Origin: an uncultured Lachnospiraceae bacterium
GTDB lineage: Bacteria; Bacillota; Clostridia; Lachnospirales; Lachnospiraceae
Length of the DNA stretch: 16,440 bases
Assembly (NCBI GenBank): GCA_964492545.1
Contig: CAZBKO010000044.1
Location: 1-16,440, forward strand
Reading direction: 5' to 3'
Shown here: piece after piece, positions 7,717 through 16,440 of the stretch
Numbering within the stretch: the first letter of the stretch is position 1
How the letters are laid out: each line of letters starts with the position of its first letter
The notes under the pieces: model-generated
Database searches by the model: none
Seen by the model: only the letters and a program-made list of their open reading frames with translations
What the model was told of the DNA's origin: nothing
Position numbers and translations under genes: made by a program

Positions 7717-9129
7717 TTATTTCTTTGTATTATCATTATACTTCTTTACCATATTGGCTTTAGCAGCCATACTTCCAGGCTTAGAAGTTCCTGTTCTGTT
7801 AACATTGCTTGTTGATTTTGCTTTAGAACTTATGCTTGTATTTCTTTGAGCTTCTATATTTTTCGCATTTTCATTTGCTGCTTCCATAATTCTGCTTGTC
7901 ATACTTGGTTTCTTATTCTTCTGCTTTTCAACATTCTTCTTTATTATATCATTAATATCAACTTTATCAAAATACATATTAATAAATATCTGCATTATTG
8001 CCTGGAATAAAGCACTACATACCCAGTATATACCAAGACCTGTTGGGAAATTCAAACAGAAAAATGCTGACATAAGTGGCATAATAATATTCATTGATTT
8101 CATTGTCGAATTCATTGGATTATCTGCCATTGTGCTTTCATTAGCTCTCTGCATAAGGAATGCACTCAACCACTGTGTTAATGCTGACAATACAGGTATT
8201 AATAAAGCCCATCCAAGTAATGTCATAGGTGACTGGCTTAAATTAAGAGGTCCAAAGTTATTAATTTCATCAAGTTTTTCATGATTTTTATCAATAATCT
8301 TTATATCTTCTGTATATTCTTTAGTTTCATCTTCTGATCCATCTTTAACAGATTCAACAAATTTATCAAAGGATTTCTTATTGTCTTCTCCTTCTATTTT
8401 GGATTTCATTTCTTCCCATTGTGCATCTGTTATTACTGAAAGATCATCGATAATTTTTCCACCATTTGCAAGAGCTGTATCTAAATCTTCCCATTTATCA
8501 TTCTGAAGTCTTGCTAAATTATCAATTATTCTGTTGTTATCATTCTTTGTAAATGAATCATTTACACTAATTAATGCATTGACATAATCAGGAATAACCG
8601 CATTCTTATCATCTTCGTCTATTAAAAATTCTTTATATGCATCTTCCATATAATTGAATTCTTCGTAATTTTCCATTATTACTGTACTTACTGGCTGATA
8701 TAAATCCTTAACCTCAGGTACATATGCAGGAATTCCACTTATTACATAATATAAAGAAAATAGAATTGGCATCTGTATCAATAGCTGAAGACAACTACCT
8801 GAAGGTGATGTACCGTACTTAGCGTAAACGGCTTTTGTTTCCTCCTGCATCTTCATCATTGAATCATTATCTCTTTTGTTCTTGTACTTTTTCTGAATTG
8901 CCTGTATCTCAGGATTCATCAAATTAGAAACCTTTGAGAATTTCTGTTGCTTTAATGTTAATGGGAACATTAAAAGCTTAACAATTAATGTAAATAATAT
9001 GATGATTACACCAATGTTAGCAAATCCTACCTTATCGAGAAAAATGTAAAGATATCTCATTACATATCCCAATAGCTTAGCACACCATCCAATAATCGGT
9101 ATACTATTCTGAGTTAATAAACTAAACAA
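7717..9129 (-). CDS. yidC: Membrane protein insertase YidC/Oxa1 family. It carries an atypical ~160-aa acidic insertion in the loop after the third TM segment.
   Basis: The conserved core is present: a cytoplasmic coiled-coil hairpin KQQKFSKV...MKMQEETKAVYAKYG, the TM segment CLQLLIQMPILFSLYY, and a later FPTGLGIYWVCSALFQAIMQ segment. The C-terminal tail is basic. The start is TTG at 9129, preceded by GGAGGA with a 6-nt spacer. Confidence 0.85.
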   Translation of the reverse strand: MFSLLTQNSIPIIGWCAKLLGYVMRYLYIFLDKVGFANIGVIIILFTLIVKLLMFPLTLKQQKFSKVSNLMNPEIQAIQKKYKNKRDNDSMMKMQEETKAVYAKYGTSPSGSCLQLLIQMPILFSLYYVISGIPAYVPEVKDLYQPVSTVIMENYEEFNYMEDAYKEFLIDEDDKNAVIPDYVNALISVNDSFTKNDNNRIIDNLARLQNDKWEDLDTALANGGKIIDDLSVITDAQWEEMKSKIEGEDNKKSFDKFVESVKDGSEDETKEYTEDIKIIDKNHEKLDEINNFGPLNLSQSPMTLLGWALLIPVLSALTQWLSAFLMQRANESTMADNPMNSTMKSMNIIMPLMSAFFCLNFPTGLGIYWVCSALFQAIMQIFINMYFDKVDINDIIKKNVEKQKNKKPSMTSRIMEAANENAKNIEAQRNTSISSKAKSTSNVNRTGTSKPGSMAAKANMVKKYNDNTKK

Positions 9130-9146
9130 TCTTTTTCCTCCTTAAA

Positions 9147-9371
9147 TTATGGAACAGGATCAAACCCACCTTTGAAAAATGGGCTGCATCTTAATATTCT
9201 CTTACAAGCCAAATATACACCTTTGAAAGAACCATACTTCTCTATTGCTTCAATAGCATATTGAGAGCATGTTGGAATATATCTGCAATGTGTAGTTCTC
9301 TTCATTCCAGATAAATACTTCCTATAAAATCTAATACTTCCTATTAAAAATCTTTTTACTAATCCTTTCAA
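9147..9371 (-). CDS. yidD: Membrane protein insertion efficiency factor YidD
   Basis: It carries the conserved CRYIPTCSQYAIEAIEKYG...RILRCSPF..GGFDPVP signature. The start is TTG with a GGAG SD. It overlaps the rnpA stop codon by 2 nt (TTGA). Confidence 0.85.
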   Translation of the reverse strand: MKGLVKRFLIGSIRFYRKYLSGMKRTTHCRYIPTCSQYAIEAIEKYGSFKGVYLACKRILRCSPFFKGGFDPVP

Positions 9372-9724
9372 AGCTGCTCCATCTCTCTTAAAATATCGTG
9401 CTTTCTACATAAATGAAGAAATGCACTTTCGATTTCATTGAATGCTTTATCCTTTGCGCTGTTTCTAACTACAATGACTATGTTTAAACTACTATTAAAC
9501 CTGCACTCATTCAATCTGTAGCTCTCTCTCACCAATCTTGTTAATCGATGTCTAACTACACTATTTCCAACTTTTTTGCTTACAGAAATGCCTATTCTAC
9601 ATTTTCCATCCTGGTTATCTTTTTTTAATACATACATAACTAATAACTTATTAGCATATGATTTGCCATTTCTGTATACTTCACTAAATTCACTACTGTT
9701 TTTTAAAGAATTAAATCTCTTCAT
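9368..9724 (-). CDS. rnpA: Ribonuclease P protein component RnpA
   Basis: The product is a basic 118-aa protein. Its position downstream of rpmH is conserved. Confidence 0.85.
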   Translation of the reverse strand: MKRFNSLKNSSEFSEVYRNGKSYANKLLVMYVLKKDNQDGKCRIGISVSKKVGNSVVRHRLTRLVRESYRLNECRFNSSLNIVIVVRNSAKDKAFNEIESAFLHLCRKHDILREMEQL

Positions 9725-9749
9725 TATTCACTCTTTTCCTAAATAATTA

Positions 9750-9784
9750 TAAAGAGAAGAAAAGACCACATGTCTGCGGTCTTA
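9750..9784 (-). terminator. Possible weak intrinsic terminator or attenuator between rpmH and rnpA
   Basis: On the minus strand the sequence reads UAAGACC-gcagacaugu-GGUCUU. This is a 6-bp stem with a 10-nt loop, and its 5' arm includes the rpmH stop codon. It is followed by UUCUUCUCUUU. A partial terminator at this position is common in rpmH-rnpA operons. Confidence 0.3.
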
Positions 9785-9916
9785 GGCTGATAACTTCTTT
9801 CTTCCTTTTGCTCTTCTAGAAGCTATTACTTTTCTTCCATTAGCTGTACTCATTCTTTTTCTGAAACCATGAACTCTTGCTCTTGACTTCTTCTTAGGCT
9901 GAAATGTCATTTTCAT
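9782..9916 (-). CDS. rpmH: 50S ribosomal protein L34
   Basis: It is absent from the ORF track because it is too short. Translation on the minus strand gives [44 protein letters not shown], a canonical L34. GGAGG lies upstream. Confidence 0.85.
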   Translation of the reverse strand: MKMTFQPKKKSRARVHGFRKRMSTANGRKVIASRRAKGRKKLSA

Positions 9917-9951
9917 TGTAAATGCACCTCCTTTTTAATTGTAAATGTACC
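9915..9951 (-). repeat. 14-nt direct repeat in the rpmH leader (GGU[G/A]CAUUUACAAU on the mRNA). The downstream copy abuts the rpmH start codon.
   Basis: The plus strand carries attgtaaatgcacc (9915-9928) and attgtaaatgtacc (9938-9951). They differ at 1 of 14 positions and start 23 bp apart, with the SD lying between them. Confidence 0.4.
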
Positions 9952-9972
9952 AATTTGGAAAATATCATTACA

Positions 9973-10001
9973 ATTATATGCAATAACCCTTATATAGTCA
10001 A
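9973..10001 (-). promoter_or_regulatory. Putative rpmH promoter. On the minus strand it reads -35 TTGACT, 17-nt spacer, -10 TATAAT.
   Basis: The minus strand reads aataaaagcTTGACTatataagggttattgcaTATAATtgtaatg. The element lies about 55 nt upstream of the rpmH ATG. Confidence 0.5.
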
Positions 10002-10074
10002 GCTTTTATTTATTTTCTTTTCATTTTTTTTAGTTTTCCACTTTACATAACTCCTTTTCGCAATTTACATAATG

Positions 10075-10106
10075 TTATCCACAAATTGTGGATAACTAGT
10101 GGATAA
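10075..10106. promoter_or_regulatory. oriC DnaA-box cluster (upstream part of oriC). Two perfect consensus boxes lie head-to-head, followed by a third box with one mismatch.
   Basis: TTATCCACA lies at 10075-10083 on the plus strand. TGTGGATAA lies at 10087-10095 and is the perfect reverse complement. aGTGGATAA at 10098-10106 has one mismatch. The cluster is flanked by AT-rich tracts at 10003-10040 and 10108-10140. Confidence 0.7.
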
Positions 10107-10210
10107 CTTTTTATTTTTTCATTTTTCGTTGAAAAATAAGGTGTGTATTTCGTAGAATTGTTTTTCACATGATGTTAAAAATAATTCTTATAAGTTTACA
10201 GAACATTTTT

Positions 10211-10237
10211 TTATCAACTTTATCCACTCTTGATAAC
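10211..10237. promoter_or_regulatory. Three tandem degenerate DnaA-box-like 9-mers upstream of the dnaA promoter, a likely autoregulatory site
   Basis: TTATCAACT (10211-10219), TTATCCACT (10220-10228) and CTTGATAAC (10229-10237, reverse complement GTTATCAAG) lie in tandem. Each has 1-3 mismatches to the TTATCCACA consensus. Confidence 0.4.
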
Positions 10238-10284
10238 TTTTATTATTTTGAGGATTATTATCATTAGTAGATTATGTTTTTTCC

Positions 10285-10313
10285 TTGATAATTTATACTT
10301 TATGTTATAGAAT
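10285..10313 (+). promoter_or_regulatory. Putative dnaA promoter. It reads -35 TTGATA, 17-nt spacer, -10 TAGAAT.
   Basis: TTGATA lies at 10285-10290 and TAGAAT at 10308-10313. The SD GGAGG (10341-10345) precedes the ATG at 10352. Confidence 0.4.
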
Positions 10314-10351
10314 ATGTTTATATATGCATTTACGAAAAATGGAGGCTTTTT

Positions 10352-11737
10352 ATGTTAGAATTAAAACTAATTCAATCAAAATGGACAGAAATATTAGAAA
10401 ACATGCAACAGGAATTTGACATTTCTGATGTTTCATTTAAAACATGGCTGCTTCCTCTTAAAGTACATTCAGTGAACAATAACGTTATTACAATACTTGT
10501 TCCCGAAGATAGTTATGGACTTCAATATATTAAGAAGAAATACTACAACTTTTTTAAGGTAACCATTGATGAGATATTTGATGAATCATTTGAAATTGAA
10601 TTCATTTCTCCTCACCAGCTTGATTCTGTTTCTTCTGATACTAATAATAAGGAAGATTCAATTGACACCAAGAAGAATGATATACTTACAAGTAGAATAC
10701 TTGAGGCTAATCTTAATCCCAAGTACACTTTTGATACTTTTGTAGTTGGTACCAGTAATAATTTTGCACATGCCTATTCTCTTGCTGTTGCTGAATCTCC
10801 TGCTGAGATAGTCAATCCTCTTTTCATATATGGAGGTGTTGGTCTTGGTAAGACTCATCTTATGCACGCCATTGCTAACTTCATATTAGAAAGAGACGAT
10901 AAAGCCAGAGTTCTATGTGTTACCAGTGAAGTATTTACAAATGAACTTATCAATGCAATTCGTGATGACAAGCAATCAGCGGTTAATGAATTTAGACAGA
11001 AGTACCGTAATATTGATGTACTCTTAGTCGATGATATTCAGTTTATTATAGGAAAGGAAAGATCTCAGGAAGAATTTTTCCATACCTTTAATACTTTATA
11101 TGAAGCAAAGAAACAGATTATAATTACTTCTGATAAACCACCTAAGGAGATGAAAACCTTAGAGGAAAGACTTCGTTCAAGATTTGAATGTGGTCTGACT
11201 GTTGATATATCTTCACCTGATTACGAAACAAAGATGGCTATTTTAAGAAAGAAAGCAGATATAGAAGGTTACAACCTTGAAGACGATATCTTCCAATATA
11301 TAGCCACCAATATTCAATCTAATATAAGAGAACTTGAGGGAGCTCTTACAAAAGTAGTTGCTTTTTCAAAGATTTCTCCTCAAAAGGTTGATGTTGATTT
11401 TGCTAAGGATGTACTTAAGGATCTTATTTCACCTAATGCCAATAGGGTCATAACTCCTGAACTTATTATAAAAACTGTATCTGAACACTTTAATATATCA
11501 CCTGTTGATATCTCTTCTAAGAAGAAATCACAGGAAATCGTTTATCCAAGACAGATTGCGATGTATTTATGCCGCTCACTTACCGATACATCTTTACAGG
11601 CTATCGGTGCACTACTTGGAGGCCGTGATCATACAACAATAATTCATGGATACGATAAGATTGTTAATGAAATAGATAATAACGAATCTACTAAGAATAC
11701 TATTGAGGTACTTAAGAAGAAACTTATGCCCGATTAA
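10352..11737 (+). CDS. dnaA: Chromosomal replication initiator protein DnaA
   Basis: It has the AAA+ Walker A motif GGVGLGKTHL, the Walker B motif LLVDDIQF and a C-terminal DNA-binding domain (...LGGRDHTTIIHGYDKI). Its length is 461 aa. Confidence 0.95.
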   Translation: MLELKLIQSKWTEILENMQQEFDISDVSFKTWLLPLKVHSVNNNVITILVPEDSYGLQYIKKKYYNFFKVTIDEIFDESFEIEFISPHQLDSVSSDTNNKEDSIDTKKNDILTSRILEANLNPKYTFDTFVVGTSNNFAHAYSLAVAESPAEIVNPLFIYGGVGLGKTHLMHAIANFILERDDKARVLCVTSEVFTNELINAIRDDKQSAVNEFRQKYRNIDVLLVDDIQFIIGKERSQEEFFHTFNTLYEAKKQIIITSDKPPKEMKTLEERLRSRFECGLTVDISSPDYETKMAILRKKADIEGYNLEDDIFQYIATNIQSNIRELEGALTKVVAFSKISPQKVDVDFAKDVLKDLISPNANRVITPELIIKTVSEHFNISPVDISSKKKSQEIVYPRQIAMYLCRSLTDTSLQAIGALLGGRDHTTIIHGYDKIVNEIDNNESTKNTIEVLKKKLMPD

Positions 11738-11738
11738 T

Positions 11739-11845
11739 TGTGGACAAGTTATACTGTTTATTCACTTTATAACATTTATCAGTGTTTATAAGCTGTTTAC
11801 AAAGCATTTTTAGACGATTAGGTCATTTTTGGTCAATGTTGATAA
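11739..11845. promoter_or_regulatory. DnaA-box-like elements in the dnaA-dnaN intergenic region
   Basis: TGTGGACAA at 11739-11747 is the reverse complement of TTGTCCACA, one mismatch from consensus. TGTTGATAA at 11837-11845 is the reverse complement of TTATCAACA, also one mismatch. TTATCAACC at 11854-11862 has two mismatches. Confidence 0.35.
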
Positions 11846-11930
11846 ATATGGACTTATCAACCGGCTAATAAGGTCCTTTAAACATAGTTATTCAATTGCT
11901 AAATTGGCTCAGAATAAGGGCTGGAACCAC

Positions 11931-11993
11931 TTTTCTACATTTCCACACCCCTTATTATTACTACTACGAGTTATTTTTATATATTTATATATG
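11931..11993. promoter_or_regulatory. Putative basal unwinding system. Two degenerate DnaA boxes are followed by a DnaA-trio-like triplet array and then an AT-rich DUE.
   Basis: TTTTCTACA (11931-11939) and aTTTCCACA (11939-11947) are the degenerate boxes. TTA TTA TTA CTA CTA CGA follows at 11952-11969. On the bottom strand, read 5' to 3', this is TAG TAG TAA TAA TAA, which is 3'-GAT/AAT-5' with the central A conserved. An AT-rich 23-mer, ttatttttatatatttatatatg, lies at 11971-11993 immediately before the dnaN SD. Confidence 0.45.
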
Positions 11994-12023
11994 CCACATG
12001 TTGGTGAAAGGAGACATTTACAC

Positions 12024-13136
12024 ATGAAACTTATTTTTAAAAAATCTGATCTTGTTGCTGCAGTTAATATTGTTATGAAAGCTGTTCCTTCAAAAACTAC
12101 TATGTCTATTCTAGAATGTATTTTGATTGATGCTTCTACCAATGAGATTAAGTTTACTGCTAATGATATGGAACTTGGTATTGAAACAATTGTTGAAGGT
12201 GAAGTTGAAGAGAAAGGTGTTATAGCTATTGATGCTAAGATTTTCTCTGAAATAGTTAGAAAACTACCTGATAACGAAGTTGTAATTGAAACAGACTCTA
12301 ATTTCAGAGCTACTATTTCTTGTGAAAAAGCTGTATTTAATATTGCTGGAAAGTCAGGAGAAGATTTTTCATACCTTCCATCCATTGAGAAGAACAAATA
12401 CATTTATTTATCACAGTTTACTCTCAAAGAAATTATTAGAGAAACTATATTCTCCATTGCTGATAATGATAACAATAAGATTATGACTGGTGAACTTTTT
12501 GAGATTACAGGAAATGAACTCAAGGTTGTTTCACTTGATGGACATAGAATATCCATAAGAAAAATAGAACTTAAGGATTCATTTGATGATATTAAGGTTA
12601 TTGTACCTGGTAAAACATTAAGCGAAGTAAGTAAAATATTAACAGGTGGAGTTGATGATGAAGTTAGAATATTCTTCACATCTAACCATATTGTGTTTGA
12701 ATTCGAAAATACAATAGTTGTTTCACGTTTGATTGAAGGTGAATATTTCAAAATTAACCAGATGCTTTCAAGCGATTATGAGACAAAGGTTAATATCAAC
12801 AAAAGAGAACTTCTTGATTGTATAGACCGAGCAACACTTCTTGTAAAAGAAGGGGACAAAAAGCCTATAATCATAACAATAACTGATGGAAATATGGAAC
12901 TTAAGATTAACTCAGTTGTTGGATCAATGAATGAAAATATAGATATTGTCAAAGAAGGAAAAGACATTATGATTGGATTTAATCCAAAATTCCTTATTGA
13001 TGCACTTAGAGTAATCGATGATGAGAATATTGATGTATACCTTGTTAATTCAAAGGCACCATGCTTTATCAAAGATGAAAATGAAAATTATATTTATCTA
13101 ATACTTCCTGTAAACTTTAATGTTTCAGGAAATTAG
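12024..13136 (+). CDS. dnaN: DNA polymerase III beta subunit (sliding clamp) DnaN
   Basis: The N-terminus MKLIFKKSDLVAAVNIVMKAVPSKTTMSILECILID is typical of DnaN. The ORF track start at 11829 is an upstream extension with no SD that spans the AT-rich origin sequence. The ATG at 12024 follows AAAGGAGA. The product is 370 aa. Confidence 0.9.
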   Translation: MKLIFKKSDLVAAVNIVMKAVPSKTTMSILECILIDASTNEIKFTANDMELGIETIVEGEVEEKGVIAIDAKIFSEIVRKLPDNEVVIETDSNFRATISCEKAVFNIAGKSGEDFSYLPSIEKNKYIYLSQFTLKEIIRETIFSIADNDNNKIMTGELFEITGNELKVVSLDGHRISIRKIELKDSFDDIKVIVPGKTLSEVSKILTGGVDDEVRIFFTSNHIVFEFENTIVVSRLIEGEYFKINQMLSSDYETKVNINKRELLDCIDRATLLVKEGDKKPIIITITDGNMELKINSVVGSMNENIDIVKEGKDIMIGFNPKFLIDALRVIDDENIDVYLVNSKAPCFIKDENENYIYLILPVNFNVSGN

Positions 13137-13152
13137 TGAAAGAGAGAGCATA

Positions 13153-13362
13153 ATGGAAACAATCAAATTAAGAGATGAGTATATCAAGCTTGGTCAGGCA
13201 CTCAAAGCAGTTAACCTTGTTGAAAGCGGTGTTGATGCTAAGTTTGTAATACAGGATGGCCTTGTAAAGGTTAATGGTGTTACAGAATATCAAAGAGGAA
13301 AGAAGCTAAAGGATGGAGATATCGTTGAATATAACGGTGAGACAATCAAAATTCAGGCTTAG
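13153..13362 (+). CDS. yaaA: S4-domain RNA-binding protein YaaA (conserved between dnaN and recF in Firmicutes)
   Basis: The product is about 69 aa (METIKLRDEYIKLGQALKAVNLVESG...DGDIVEYNGETIKIQ) and resembles an S4 fold. Its position between dnaN and recF is conserved. The ORF track start at 13120 is replaced by the ATG at 13153, which follows GAAAGAGAGAG. Confidence 0.75.
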   Translation: METIKLRDEYIKLGQALKAVNLVESGVDAKFVIQDGLVKVNGVTEYQRGKKLKDGDIVEYNGETIKIQA

Positions 13363-13370
13363 GTTTAAAG

Positions 13371-16395
<3,025 letters not shown>

Positions 16396-16413
16396 AATGG
16401 AGGATAGTGTATA

Positions 16414-16440
16414 ATGGATGAAAATATTTTCGACAAGATT
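16414..16440 (+). CDS. gyrA: DNA gyrase subunit A, first 9 codons only (truncated by the window end)
   Basis: The SD GGAGG (16399-16403) is followed by ATG GAT GAA AAT ATT TTC GAC AAG ATT, encoding MDENIFDKI. Gene order and spacing after gyrB fit gyrA. Confidence 0.5.

Noticed and set aside
9917-10069. Extra TGTAAAT/ATTTACA heptamers near the rpmH leader and DnaA box 1, which resemble the flotillin-locus operator half-site
   Set aside because: A 7-mer of this composition is expected several times by chance in about 33 kb of AT-rich double-stranded sequence. None forms the inverted-repeat geometry of O1 and O2.
11829-12023. An N-terminal 65-aa extension of dnaN in the ORF track
   Set aside because: It has no SD. 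It spans the AT-rich origin sequence (DUE) and the DnaA-trio-like triplets. A canonical DnaN N-terminus begins at the ATG at 12024, which has a good SD.

Overview
This is the chromosomal replication-origin region of a low-GC Firmicutes (Clostridia-like) genome. The conserved housekeeping block reads rsmG, mnmG, mnmE, khpB(jag), yidC, yidD, rnpA, rpmH (all minus strand) | oriC | dnaA, dnaN, yaaA (S4-domain), recF, gyrB, then the first codons of gyrA (all plus strand). Both oriC halves are recognisable. Upstream of dnaA, in the rpmH-dnaA gap, are perfect head-to-head DnaA boxes. In the dnaA-dnaN gap are degenerate boxes, a run of DnaA-trio-like triplets and an AT-rich unwinding element. The left 3 kb is the only accessory-looking part. 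It carries an nfeD-flotillin (SPFH) operon transcribed divergently from an XRE-family HTH regulator. Two near-identical 17-bp palindromes sit on the two promoters' start regions, 104 bp apart. In the usual arrangement noc/parA/parB follow rsmG; here this module sits in that position instead. The regulator gene ends tail-to-tail with rsmG, overlapping it by 6 bp. I found no CRISPR arrays, tRNA/rRNA genes or mobile elements. Several ORF-track starts are over-extended, and I have corrected them to the first ATG (or TTG) that has a Shine-Dalgarno sequence. Every family assignment rests on motifs read by eye. No database search was possible.
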